Assembly: GCA_965644295.1 (NCBI GenBank)
Contig: CBFFRP010000185.1
Location: forward strand, 128,284-192,283
Origin: Paraphysomonas bandaiensis
Taxonomy: Eukaryota; Protista; Chrysophyceae
DNA: 64,000 bases
Direction: 5' to 3'
Shown: one piece after another, positions 21,223-34,676 of the stretch
Layout: every line of letters starts with the position of its first letter
How positions within the stretch are numbered: the first letter of the stretch is position 1
Position numbers and translations under genes: made by a program
Notes under the pieces: generated by a model
Databases searched by the model: none
What the model saw: only the letters and a program-made list of their open reading frames with translations
What the model was told of the DNA's origin: nothing

Positions 21223-22978
21223 GTAGTGAATGTCTGATTATTTAGCAATAGGCGTTGAGACCTTGCAGCAATTAGTGGCTAGAAGAATGCTAGTCATACT
21301 AGTTAGACCACTACCCGTAACTAATCAATACAAACTCTTTTATCCTACTATTTAACGCTACGAAAGCTGCTTGTGCGTCGCCGCAAGCACCAAGGTGCAA
21401 CCACTTCCGTTCTTTTGTGTGATATGAAATTCGCCTTTATCGTGTGTCCGTGGACTCACCGGCGCTATTGATCTGGGGGTCTCCCTTTGGGATGGGTCTC
21501 CATTGGTGTTGGAGGGGGCTCAGCGTTCTGGATTAGGGTCCTGAGTGCACCTAGTTCCAGATGTGTGGGTTGAGAGTGGTGGGGATTGTTGGGAGGAGGA
21601 GTTGGGTTTGTAGTCTGTGTTACTGTGCTCCTGTGGGGCCGCGGGTGTAGATAGAGTTGTCGAAGCCGTCGGCGTTGTGGAGGTCTGGGCAGTCCAGTGC
21701 TCTGTCGGGTAGGACCTGTGAGGTGTGCACGTGTGTCTGGAGTCGGGGACGCTGTGGGGGGTCTTCGTTGGACCCCTAGTAGTCGAAGTACTCTCGGACG
21801 TTGTCTTGACTGACTGCGTTTCGGACGGGGTCTCGGGAGTAGCCTGGGCGGCCTTTTGGACATGGTGATATAGCGACAACCGCGATCCTGTAGCATAAGC
21901 TTCGCTGCAGTGTAAAGCGGTTGCAGGAGATTAATAACCGCTGTTTCTAGGTTCCGTAGACTGTGTGCCGTCAGGTGGTTGTGTATGGCATCTTCGAAGA
22001 CCGTTTCCAGTTGGGCTGCTGTGATGGTTCCAGTCCAGTATCTCTCGACCTGTGGGATGGAGGGATTCCAGGCTCTGCTGGAGAGTCTCCGTAGTGCAGA
22101 TGTGATCCAGTTGGGTAAGGTCTGAGTTCTCTGTATTTCGTGGAGCACATTTTTATGCGATTGAAATGCAGTTTCCCTTATTTGGGTGATGGATTCATGT
22201 GTGCAGTCGAGGCACATATGTTTTAGGGAATCTAGTCGAAACCCGCAGTCAGAGCATGCGGCTTTGGTCAGGTCAAGCCCCTGTTTGGTTTTGGCCCGGT
22301 TCCTCCCTATGCAGAAAGATTTGTCCCATGTCAGTGCCGTGTTGAGTATTCTTTGGCGTAGATTTGAGCTGAGTTTGTCTTTGGATGCACTGCCATCCGC
22401 TTGAGCTAGTTTGCGCGGGAGGTGTACTCCGCTATTGGTCCAGTAGCCAGGCGCTCGATCAGGATTGTGTCCGTAGCGTTGATCTCTGGTTGAAGTGTAG
22501 TTCTCAAGTGTCCTTAGGTCGCAGAGATCCTGGAAATTAGTAAGGAGTGGGCTAGAGTAGTATGGCCGTCTTGTACTGTGCATACGCCAGTGCCATAATC
22601 CAGCAGTTAGTAAGCGTTCGATGGCACTGTCAATCGCAATTGTGCAGACAGTGTAGTTATTTTTTCCAAGGATGCGATCGACTTCATGCCAGTCTTCACC
22701 CGCAACTGCGTCCGCAATATAGATGCCCTTGTCCTCAAACGTCCACTCCGTTTCATCTGTGGTACGTCGTTCGGGATGAGACCTCACCCAGGTCACCTGT
22801 CGTTTGCAATCTCTGCTGGCTGCGATGCTTTCGAGTAGTACCCCTTTTGCACGGTGACCGAGAGCTCTGCGTCTTGTGGAGAGTGCTTCCTCAGTGCGGG
22901 TGCACACTGCCTGACAGTCTGTGTGGCTTCTTATGTGTTCGGGAATACGTGTTGAGAGTATAAGCCCATGGCTGTGCC
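21223..22978 (-). mobile_element. LINE-A copy 2, 5'-truncated within RNase H
   Basis: Near-identical to 370-1664 plus 9380-9839; ORF 21465..22907; 3' end cattcactac. Confidence 0.95.
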
Positions 22979-23200
22979 AATCTGGTATTAGTAGTAGTAA
23001 TTCGTTATGTCAGTTACTGTGATGTGTTGCATATTGGTATGTACTAGTAATATTCTTTAGAATGTAAGATAGATTGTAACAAGTTGTTTAAAACTAAAGT
23101 ATTGTGAAATCTGTTTTTTCAATTTTTGATGCGTGATCACGAGTGTAAGCAACACTCAAATTTTTGTAAAAATGTGAAGTATATACTGGATTGTATACAA
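22976..23200 (+). repeat. 225-bp direct repeat, right copy
   Basis: Matches 20998-21222; GCC microhomology with the LINE 5' truncation point. Confidence 0.93.
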
Positions 23201-23275
23201 AATATGTAGTTTCGCAAAACCTCAGCACTTTGTCGACCGGTGATAAACATGCTTGAAGTGCATACTTACCACATG

Positions 23276-23495
23276 ATAGTATTGAATGTCTGATTATTAG
23301 CAATAGGCGTACAAGAGTCGGAACTAATTTCACTAACAAGTGCTTAACTCTGATATTTTACAACTTGGCGCTACGAAATCTATTTGTGCGTCACCGCAAG
23401 CATCAAGCACCAAGGTGTAACCACTTTCGCTCTAGCACTCAAATCAAACGCAGTGAGCTAGCAGAATTCTGACTTCAGGACTGTGAGTCTTTAAG
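23276..23495 (-). mobile_element. 5'-truncated SINE-like copy (3' tail only)
   Basis: Reverse complement matches 48200-48429 and 56310-56534, including the structured core. Confidence 0.8.
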
Positions 23496-23535
23496 TTAGT
23501 GTGAGAAGCTGCTCACGGGCGTCAATAGGTGCGGT

Positions 23536-24143
23536 TATAGGAAAGTCTGATTATTACATGAGAACGGTTGTGTACAGAAACTAGTTTATATCTATAGACT
23601 AACTACAGTAATAACTAGATTTGCTAAATACTACTAGTGGCGGGCAACCGTCTCGGGACTGCTTGTGCATCGCTGCGAGCACCATGGTGCAACCGTCCCT
23701 TGTATTGAGGTTAGTCGGGGGGTCTACCTTTAGGCAATGTGTCTGGCGGGCCTGTATCATGGGTTATACGGGGGGTGGTTGGGGCGAGATGTATATGAGA
23801 GTATAAGTCGATGGTGGAGATGGTGCTGGTTGTTGAGGTGGGGTTTCGGCCACAAGTAAGGAAGAATTGTTTCCGGAGTAGTTGCGCTTGCCTCTGTCGG
23901 GTCTGCTGGACTCTTGCAGAGGATAGAATTCTTGGGGTGCGGTTAATCAGGGGTACGCCCATTGAGGTAGGAGTCTGCGACGTTTAAGGGAGGGTCAGAG
24001 TGTCAGAGTTATGTAGATGGGAGGATAGTGGTCCGAGGGAAAGTGAGATGGTCCGAGGTGGAGGCGTGTAATCTGTAGAGTCTCGGGGCGCCGCTGACTG
24101 CTGTGAATCAGCTGGACGTAAATAGAGTAGGTGGGGTTGTCTG
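23536..24143 (-). mobile_element. LINE subfamily B, 3' fragment (copy B1)
   Basis: ORF end DTLPKGRPPD*; 3' UTR core related to LINE-A; near-duplicate of 24144-24545. Confidence 0.8.
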
Positions 24144-25540
24144 TATATATAAGAAAGTCTGATTATTACACAAAAACGATTGGGTACAGAAACTAGTCAG
24201 TATTATATCTATAGGCTGACTAAACTGGGCTTGCTATGTACTACTAGTGGCGGGCAACCGTCTCGGGACTGCTTGTGCATCGCTGCGAGCACCATGGTGC
24301 AACCGTCCCTTGTATTGAGGTTAGTCGGGGGGTCTGCCTTTGGGCAATGTGTCTGGCGGGCCTGTATCATGGGTTATACGGGGGGTGGTTGGGGCTAGAT
24401 GTATATGAGAGTGTAAGTCGGTGGTGAGATGGTGCTGGTTGTTGAGGTGGGGTTTCGGCCACAAGTAAGGAAGAGTTGTTTCCGGAGTGGTGGTGCATGT
24501 CTCTGTCGGGTTCGGACTCTTGTAGAGGATAGAATTCTTGGGGTGGATGTCGCTTGGAGTAGTTGGAGTATTTTAGGTGTCGGTTGAGTATCCTGTGACT
24601 GGCGTTGCTGTGAGTGTGGTGGGTTCGTAATCGGTGTTACTGGTGCTGTGTCTGTGTTGTGGTGTCTCAGACCTCTGTTTCGAAGCATGCAGAGCCCTCC
24701 ATCATATATATAGATAGGGGGAGCAGGATAGAGGTTACGGATTTTTCGAGGGCGTGGAACTGATGTTCGGGCTGTGAGCTGGATATGTGGCGTCCGAATG
24801 CGTCGGCCAATTGTGTGGCAATAATGTGGCCGGTCCAGTAGCGCTCAACCTGGGGGATGTTTGGATTCCATGCGGCTTTAGCTAGTTTGATTATGGCGGT
24901 GTGAAACCAGGGATGAGGAAGCGTGTGTTTGCGAAGTTTGTCGAGCTTACTGTGGTGTGCTTGGTGAACATCTTCACGTATTTGAGTGAGGTCCGGGTGT
25001 GTGCAAGTGAGAAGCATGTGCGCCATCATGTTGTCTGATGGTTGTGCACAGTCTGGGCATGCGGAGGCCGTTAAAAGTGATCATGCCCGGTTTTTCCTTT
25101 GGCTCGTCGGTTTCTTCCCATCGCATATGATTTGTCCCATACGTATGCCGTCTCGCGTATACGTTCTGGTAGAGAGATGATGGAGTATTTGGAGGAATTA
25201 TGGGTACGGAGAGGATGGAGCTTGTGTGGGAGCCTTGTTCCGCTGCGTGGCCAATACTGCGGGTCTCGCTGCGTTTGTGCAGCATACACGCTATCTCGTC
25301 GGAGGGTGTATTGATGGAGGTCCCGCTGGTGATGGAGATCTGTGACGTCTCCTAGCATGTGAGGAGGTGTGTATCGTATGTTCGCCAGTGCCATTGCCCC
25401 GTGGTGAAGAATTCTTCCAGTATGTGTGTAGCGTCAGTTGGGTTGTCTAAGTTGGGTTCGCGTGTGTGTGGGCGTGAAGAGTTTGAAGAGTAGGAGAAGT
25501 GGTCTGTCGCCCAGCTGTGATTCTCTGCTGAGACACCATC
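24144..25540 (-). mobile_element. LINE subfamily B, degenerate 3' fragment (copy B2)
   Basis: Frameshifted peptides YWPRSG..WDKSYAMGRNR, CPDC..HMLLTC, WNPNIPQVERYWTG are homologous to LINE-A; (TA)n tail; 5' end approximate. Confidence 0.85.
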
Positions 25541-26208
25541 GGGACCGAATTTACCACGTGATCTATCTTGAATTCAACAATTGTATTTGTTATTCAAAAT
25601 GAGGCCATAGCCGAACCACATATTCAAACCAATCTAAATACTAAATGTATTCGGGATCTACTCCACATATTTAACATGGAAGGTTTCCAACCGTGTAGTC
25701 ACCCATGACAACTACTTTCCACAGAGACATACTTGAAAACAGAATTTATCTTCTTGTAATTAGTAATTAGGCTCTACACTGTAACTATTTTGCAAAATGG
25801 TTATGTTGGTCCCTAAAGGGAATATTTCTGCTTCTTATCTCACATCACACCTCGTTATTGTATGGTTAGGAGGTTGTAAAAGGTGCACTTGTATTTTAGC
25901 TCTAAATTGACGTGTTTGAAACAGCTATTTAGTATTTACGGCTGATATAAAAGTCATTTCTGGAACGTTGAAACACAACACAATTGTGCAACAAAAAGAC
26001 CTTTTGAGTTAAGTCAGGTATTAAGAAAAATTTGTACTTAGGATATACTAATAATATTATGCTGCTGTGAAATTCACTGTTGCGTTAAAAATTTATCCTA
26101 TCTTTTGTTAAATAAAACTTTATTAGAATTTGTGTTAGGAGTGGTAACGCAATAATTTAGACACGCAGAAACTAATAAATTTATGGGTAGTACCTTGTCT
26201 ATATGTTT

Positions 26209-29200
26209 TTATTCAGCTGACTCCATATACATTATTAAACACTCAGCATTCTTATCATTCCACATCATGTCGGACTCTGCATACAGCCGAATCGCTGCAA
26301 TTCTAGATCTCATGATGGATAGAGCAGTTGCCAAGTGGTCCGAGTTCGGAGTTCGAATGTCGATGCAAGCCTTATGAAGTGCTAGCAGTGCAACTCGGCA
26401 ACTGTCCAACAGAGCCGATAGGGACTCACACAACAAATCGTAGTCATCAGGTATGCTTTCTCTTGGTACACCAGAACTAACAAACGTCGCATCCACAATA
26501 TCATATATATAATGTCGCAACACCTCCATAAAATGCCCAAACCCTGTAGGCGATGCCGCGTATAGTTCACCTTTTAACTGTGCATATTTCCCTCTCAAAC
26601 GGTCAGAATTGAAATGAGCTACTGCCTGAAACGCCTGACGTATCTGCCTAAACGCACTGAAGAAAAATCTTTCCTCTTTGGCAGAGTAATGCGCATAGGC
26701 CAATTCAGAACGTCCTCTAACTCTGTACCGGTGCAAGTCACCCCACGTGTGTCGAGAGAGTGCGGTTAACTGAGAGAGCTCAAGCAGTCGCCTCGTGACC
26801 AAAGAGAGTGCGTCAATATGCTCGCCAGACAGCATCATACTTAGTGGCCAGGGGGGTTCAAATCGCACCTTCAATTTCTGAAGTCCTTCTATAGAAAAGG
26901 CTCCGATCAGATGTTTGTACCGGAATCCATCTACCACATCTATTGCATTCGAGTGCCCGTCAATTAGGGTGTGTAACACAGGGACTGCCGCGGCTCGCTG
27001 GTGCTCCTCTTTTACCTCATCATCAGTCATCAGGGTGCGTTTTCCTGCACTACTTTCTTCCTCGTCGGCCATCACTAGTCCAACGACATCTGTAGAGGCT
27101 TCGTTCGGTTGCTGAGAAAGTGCCTGACAGAACGCAGCAGCCACGGCTCGAGAAGACCAGAGATGCGAAGGTCGCTGAGGGGGCACATCTGGCTGCGTCA
27201 CAGTAATTGATCCACTCATAATTTTGGAGAATCTCATGCTACAATTCGCTTGGATATGTGTATCCACCAATATCCCACCAATAGTCACCAGGAAATTGCT
27301 CTGATCCGACAGTAAAAATATATGGTGAAGGCAGTCAATATAATCTAAAAGGCGCGTGTCTTGAATTGCTCCCAGCAAGAATGCCTGGTCAATGGCAAGG
27401 CACTGAGTCCGTATTGGTGCACAAAGGCTATCGCGCACAACACATGTAGATGGAAGTAGGGAGAAAGTCGACAGCAGTGAAGAATCAGGATTCCTCTTAT
27501 CATCACAATTATCAGTATCAAGAAGAAAGGGAATGTTGTTAGCCCGGCATAGATCTGAAATAGACTGTCGGAAGCATGATTTTTCTAGAAAATTATCTTC
27601 AGCAGATGTCACCCATTCGTCAAGAGAATAGAACTCTTTTAGAGCAGACAAGTAGTCATTTTCATCCTCATGAACCCTAGATTCTGAGAAACGAACGCCA
27701 GAATTAAAACTCATATCAACATCTGTACCCCCACTATTAACCAACTCCTCATCACCAATTCCAAAATCCTTACCAGCAAATCCACAATCACGAACACTAT
27801 CACTAAACACAACAGAACTATCGCCACTCTTCCCACCATCAATATCAGAGTCACCGCCATCATGGTGACGCAAACTCAGTGAACTATTACCTCCTGGTGC
27901 CTGATGAACATGCTGCGAACTACGCACTCCAATATCAATCGTTGCACCATCAATATCAGATTCACCGCCATCATGGTGACGCAAACTCAGTGAACTATCA
28001 CCTCCTGGTGCCTGATGAACATGCTGCGAACTACGCACTCCAATATCAATCGTTGCACCATCAATATCAGAGTCACCGCCATCATGGTGACGCAAACTCA
28101 GTGAACTATCACCTCCTGGTGCCTGATGAACATGCTGCGAACTACGCACTCCAATATCAATCGTTGCACCATCAATATCAGAGTCACCGCCATCATGGTG
28201 ACGCAAACTCAGTGAACTATCACCTCCTGGTGCCTGATGAACATGCTGCGAACTACGCACTCCAATATCAATCGTCTCACCTTCAATATCAGATTCACCG
28301 CCATCATGGTGACGCAAACTCAGTGAACTATCACCTCCTGGTGCCTGATGAACATGCTGCGAACTATGCACTCCAATATCAATCGTCTCACCATCAATAT
28401 CAGAGTCACCGCCATCATGGTGACGCAAACTCAGTGAACTATCACCTCCTGGTGCCTGATGAACATGCTGCGAACTACGCACTCCAATATCAATCGTCTC
28501 ACCATCAATATCAGATTCACCGCCATCATGGTGACGCAAACTCAGTGAACTATCACCTCCTGGTGCCTGATGAACATGCTGCGAACTACGCACTCCAATA
28601 TCAATCGTCTCACCATTAACATCAGAGTCACCGCCATCACGGTGACGCAAACTCAGTGAACTATCACCTCCTGGTGCCTGATGAACATGCTGCGAACTAC
28701 GCACTCCAATATCAATCGTCTCACCATCAATATCAGATTCACCGCCATCATGGTGACGCAAACTCAGTGAACTATTACCTCCTGGTGCCTGATGAACATG
28801 CTGCGAACTACGCACTCCAATATCAATCGTCTCACCATCAATATCAGAGTCACCGCCATCATGGTGACGCAAACTCAGTGAACTATCACCTCCTGGTGCC
28901 TGATGAACATGCTGCGAACTACGCACTCCAGCATTAATCGTCTCACCATTAACATCAGAGTCACCGCCATCATGGTGACGCAAACTCAGTGAACTATCAC
29001 CTCCTGGTGCCTGATGAACATGCTGCGAACTACGCACTCCAGCATTAATCGTCTCACCATCAATATCAGAGTCACCGCCATCATGGTGACGCAAACTCAG
29101 TGAACTATCACCTCCTGGTGCCTGATGAACATGCTGCGAACTACGCACTCCAATATCAATCGTCTCACCATCAATATCAGAGTCACCGCCATCATGGTGA

Positions 29201-32200
29201 CGCAAACTCAGTGAACTATCACCTCCTGGTGCCTGATGAACATGCTGCGAACTACGCACTCCAGCATTAATCGTCTCACCATCAATATCAGAGTCACCGC
29301 CATCATGGTGACGCAAACTCAGTGAACTATCACCTCCTGGTGCCTGATGAACATGCTGCGAACTACGCACTCCAATATCAATCGTCTCACCATTAACATC
29401 AGAGTCACCGCCATCATGGTGACGCAAACTCAGTGAACTATCACCTCCTGGTGCCTGATGAACATGCTGCGAACTACGCACTCCAGCATTAATCGTCTCA
29501 CCATCAATATCAGAGTCACCGCCATCATGGTGACGCAAACTCAGTGAACTATCACCTCCTGGTGCCTGATGAACATGCTGCGAACTACGCACTCCAGCAT
29601 TAATCGTCTCACCATCAATATCAGAGTCACCGCCATCATGGTGACGCAAACTCAGTGAACTATCACCTCCTGGTGCCTGATGAACATGCTGCGAACTACG
29701 CACTCCAGCATTAATCGTCTCACCATCAACATCAGAGTCACCGCCATCATGGTGACGCAAACTCAGTGAATTATTGTTTATATTTGTAATATCTGTAGAA
29801 TCAATATGCCCGTATAGTAGGATGTGTAGTTGTTTTTGGCGAATTGCCAACGTTTCTTTTTGGTTCTTTAGCCACTGTGCATGCTGTAGTCGTTTGTCAG
29901 CAGTATCCATGAGTTGACTATATTTATCCCGCAGAGAAGCTTCAGCGACTTGTAGCTCTTCCCTGGTTACTCGTCTAGGGGTTATCCCGACCCCCACATC
30001 CACAATGTCGTTGGGTGCCGCATCAGATAAACCTTCGGGCACACTCCATGTCATATCACTTACACTCTCAGAGCTTACACTTTCTTCGGCATGATCCTCA
30101 GGTAATTCAGATGTGACATCTTGAGCTAACGGAACATCAGTCCCGGGGTCTGGAAGCATGTTGCCTTCTAGGCTATCACAATGAGAGTCCTTGTCAACTA
30201 CAGTTCCGTCTTCCACCTCTATTTTGCTATCAGCCCATTTCCCAATAGCATCTCTCACATCTCTCAAGAGTGTTTGGTATGTTTTTTCGGCAGTCTCCGT
30301 CTTGCGTCGATTTACCGCCACATCCAGCGGATGGATGGGAAACACGAGCTCCAGATTTATACCCTCACTGTTCTGTGCTGCTGCGCGTTCCAGGAGTCGC
30401 CTGAATGGAACGGAAGTTGTATCCATTCGAGACACCCCCCAGAGCAACGCTGTTTTCACTGGCTCAACAGCAGAGTCCCGAGATGATGACCACCACTTCC
30501 TCATTCTCTTATTTCGCATACTAATTCGATGAGCCCGAACAACCTCTGCGGATGCATGCATATGGAACACAATGCGCTCCACCTCACTGAGCAAAGGAAC
30601 CGATACACGACGGAGCAAAAACAGTGTAGCGCAGATGCAATAACACAAATCGGACGCAGAGTCAGCGGCCGAATGATGAACTTTTCCTACATCTAGAGAA
30701 GCAGTGATAGGAATAAAAGATCTAAGGCGGGAGTGTGCAGTACGCAAAACATTCCTTCTCGGAGTGTAGCCCTGTATTACTCCAAGCTGTAGCCCTTCCA
30801 GTCTCTGGAAGCACCTGAGTAGCATCTCCAGCACTTCCCACCCTGTGGGGTACCCAATATCATCGACTTCCCCCTTTAGCCAGAGTCCGGGATGTTGCAT
30901 ATACGACGTAAACACTGGGGTACTATCTGAATTGCCATTTACTCCACACTTCTCTATCTCGGTTAGCAAAGGTGTGGGGGCAATACAATGGAGAATATGT
31001 CTTAGTACACGTACTTCGTTCTGCACTGCTTGCCAGAGAGCAGGCAGAGTTATAGTTTTCCCACTACGCATTAAGTATTGTTCAAAAGAACTCAGCGACG
31101 AGTCACATACATGTAGTAGATCCTCCACACCCACTCCAAGTGCTTGTTGGGCTGGGTCGGTGCATTCTGCTGAGCAGAATGCGTTGATTGCAGAATTGAG
31201 TAATACTCGTGTCTGAAGCAGTTTATAAAATACAGAAGCATACAAACGAAGGCACGATAGCGTATAGCCAGGAACAATATACTGTGTCTTCGGGTTTAAA
31301 AATGCAGATATCGTATCAATTCCTCGCAATGCCTGCAAACAAGCGACTGTAAACTTCGTCTCACTGAACTCAACTGCGGATCGGTTTAAGAGTCTATCCG
31401 CATAGAGGGCACGACAAAACTCCTCCTTCGTCGTCAATGTAATATAGCCAGTAAGGGCCGCTGGTTTACTATCACTGTTGTCCTTATCTGCAGGCGCAGT
31501 GCAGTCTGAACAAGTAGTGCGGTCATCGCTGTCGTCCACATGTGAGCTATTATGAGATTGAGAGGTATGAATATGAACTCGATCTCTTAATAACGGCATC
31601 GACAGTCTGACATCCATAGACTCATACAGAGATGATGCGCGATAGAGTTTGCTGTGGATCAGAGCACCAAACAGATCTGACATATAGTCACGATCCTCTT
31701 GCATCATCAACCCTATACTCGATAGCTACAACAGTCAAGAAGGTGGCAACATCATTTATATAAGAGACAGTGTGCTGAGGAGTTTATGTACGTCGATTTT
31801 AAGTCTCATTTCGAAATGTAAACTAGACTCACAATACTGAAAATACTCTTGACGCTTCAAGATGTGTATATAGTGTATTCATACTACGTGATTTTATACA
31901 GCAGTGGAATCTGTATGTACTGTGCTCTGTCGCCTGCTGTGTAGATCTGGATGGGATGCATACTGTATCTATCTATATATCTATGTAGAGGATATCTATC
32001 AGGCCTTTAAACGTTACTGCAGTTATCGGCAACAATGCAATGAAGTGTCCATTTTCAAAGGACCTACATATATGTGTTATAGAAGTGCTGTTGAAGCTTA
32101 TATTTCTATAAACAGAGGATGCATAATGACGGTGAACAAGAAGGATTACTAACAGTCAAGCTGATGAAATGAGAGAATTAGTATTTCCACTTACCTTGGT

Positions 32201-32270
32201 CTGAATTTTGCTTCTTTTGATCCAGTTGCAGGTCTGCTTTGAAAAGCAGTGCTATGAAGTAGGGTTCCAT
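26209..32270 (-). CDS. Gamma-tubulin complex component, GCP6-like (Spc97/Spc98 family), with internal 37-aa repeats; small 5' exons
   Basis: C-terminal GRIP2-like motifs (SLCAPIRTQC..LLDYIDCLHHIFLL..NFL; LKVRFEPPWPLSMML..RRLLEL); central coiled coil plus repeat block as in GCP6; probable ATG at 32270 with a GTAAGT donor near 32194. Confidence 0.72.
27834..29770 (-). repeat. Coding minisatellite, 111-bp unit x ~17.5
   Basis: Unit encodes DSSLSLRHHDGGDSDIDGETIDIGVRSSQHVHQAPGG; 17 QAPGG copies. Confidence 0.98.
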
Positions 32271-32989
32271 GATGCGACCAAACGTGAACAGGCAGATACG
32301 TTGCCCCCTACTTCTGCTATTGCCACAGCAGTCTAAATCAGAATCACTAGAGATGAAACTGTTGACACATTACACGCACAATTACAAATTAGGTATGGTT
32401 AGGTTCCAAGCCTGCCGAAGGTTGTATGATTTCTGCGAAATGGACACTGCAAGGTTTCGTTATGTACAACTGATTTCTGATTTATTCGGTGCAAGCAATT
32501 ATGGACTGGCGTAGATGTTAGACAAGCGACATAAATATTCACACCCAGCTTATGAAGTTTATAAATCGGTCACTTTATTGGATGTATTCAAGTTGGTGTC
32601 TGGGGCGGAAAACTGCCGATATTATTTTATCGTTTATCGTGTAGATTAACAATATTAGTGCACTAAGTGTAACTGAAACGAATATTTGTAGCTCTATATT
32701 GATTGTTTATTTTGCCATGATGCTACCACTAAGTGCTGTGATGAAATCTTTTAAGAATAATAATAATTGGGATCTTTTTCAAGACATGTACACGCCCACC
32801 CCATATGTATAACATATAGTAGAGATCAAATATATTCATTGTTAAAATTTCTTAAGATCAATTCTAACTTCGCGCTATCCATTTATACTACAATTCCTGC
32901 TCTGAACAAAACTAAATCGCACAGCACAAACATTTACATGTGGTTGACTCGGCAATAACACTTCGACGGGGATTCAATCTGTCCACACA

Positions 32990-34676
32990 CTACAGTTGGC
33001 CCTCAAAAACACAACACTCGCCTGATAAAGCATCAAACATTTTCGCTGATTGTTCCCTCGTGGTTTTCTGCATATGTTGACCGATGTCGCTACCGTCCCC
33101 AAGACCTATACGCTTCACTATTTTTTTGTATACATCTCCATTCGAGGGTACCAGAGCTTTCAGACTGCAGGTCGAACTCACATACCACATTTTCACTAGG
33201 GCAAAGTTCTCAAGTTTCTGTTTTTTATTAGCAGTCCAGCACATGTGGAATATATACGGATGAGCTTTTTTCTCCATCACGCGGCGCATATAATTTTTGT
33301 CGTGGTGATATTTCACACCAGACGGGAAATCAAGAAGATTCAAAAACAATCTATGGGAAGGAAGAAGGTCCATATTTTCCATTAATCGCATAGTGAAAAC
33401 ATTTTGATGGGACCCAGTCGCCTGTAAAATATCAAAGGAGGTCATAACTCCATACGCGAAATTAATATTAGATGGGGTTGAGCGAAGGTAGTAAAATCCC
33501 GAATTGGCATAGAAGGGAGAGTACCTTAATGACCGCTGCCCGTCATCACTCAAATAAGAAGAGAACCGTCCACCAGTAGCGTTTCTATGCCCATGGAAAT
33601 ACTCAAAAGGGTTACGGAACCAAACAAGGTCAAGGTCCTGGAATAAGACATGATACCCCGCACGCAACGTTAGCCAAAGAGAAAAAGCTTTGTACCACAT
33701 CATCTCCACAAATATTTTGTCCAAGTATCCAGAGGAGGCTCTACGCTCAACAGTGGCAAAGTTCTCATGATAAAATCCCACAGCTCCAGTTGCGCGCACC
33801 ACTGACACAATTTCACTGTGATAAAAAGACATCCATTAGATTTCAGTCATAATCACCATGATATTGCGAGGACACTCACCTACTTCCTGCAACAACTACA
33901 ACATTATGTAAGCTGATATTATGGGCGCGACAGGAACACGCAAAATTCAGAAATAGGTCAATTTCCCCATCATTTGCGACCATAAGCACGATATCGTCCC
34001 CGCTGTGAATACCTCGTGCACTCAACATACCTCGCAGCTTAAGGTCAATACTATCAAGGTGCTGGAGAAGTGGCTTGGTCTTATCAGCCTGACTTTTACG
34101 TCCCTTCGTTTTAGCTACATTTCTAAAATATCCGCTGGCTTTCGGATGCACTGGATCCAACACTCGTCCAGTTTTTTTGCTGTCAGAGTTATACCTCAAC
34201 AAATTAGAGGTCGCTGGTAGGTTTGAAGAGTGCATAACAGCCACACATTCCACAGGCTTTCCATTGCAGACAGCATTTGCGTAGGTAGTGCACTTACTCT
34301 CCGGATGAGCATTGAGCGCCACAAGCATTTGAGATGGCGATTTTACTGCTGCGAGCTCACCATGTTTGTAAGCATCAAAGGATTCCGTACTTATGTGTGC
34401 AAAAGATGGAGCAGCATGTGATTTTAAAATCGGCCTGCAGTCGCCAGTCGATTGTGAAGGCGTTGACAACGGAACACCATTCGGTCGCATGCATTGACTG
34501 TAGTTATATGATACATCACTCTTTTGAGTGATGGAGTGCGGACTCGTGACACAAGTACTCACAGGCTCCTTAGAATTCGAAGAAAAAATACTCCCATTGC
34601 GACCTATATAAGCCCACAGCATGAAGTTTAAGAGGGGGCATATCAGCCACACACAAAACGAGCGGACAGAACTCAT
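32990..34676 (-). CDS. Nucleotide-diphospho-sugar transferase family glycosyltransferase (type II membrane protein)
   Basis: N-terminal TM; VLFQDLDLVWFRNPF (DxD), NSGFYY, HMCW motifs; intron 33816-33879 joins the two ORFs in frame. Confidence 0.85.

Noticed and set aside
27834-29770. CRISPR-like or non-coding repeat array; plus-strand ORFs 27879..28619 and 28656..28937
   Set aside because: There are no unique spacers. The 111-bp unit is in frame in a long minus-strand ORF, and the plus-strand ORFs are shadows of the repeat.
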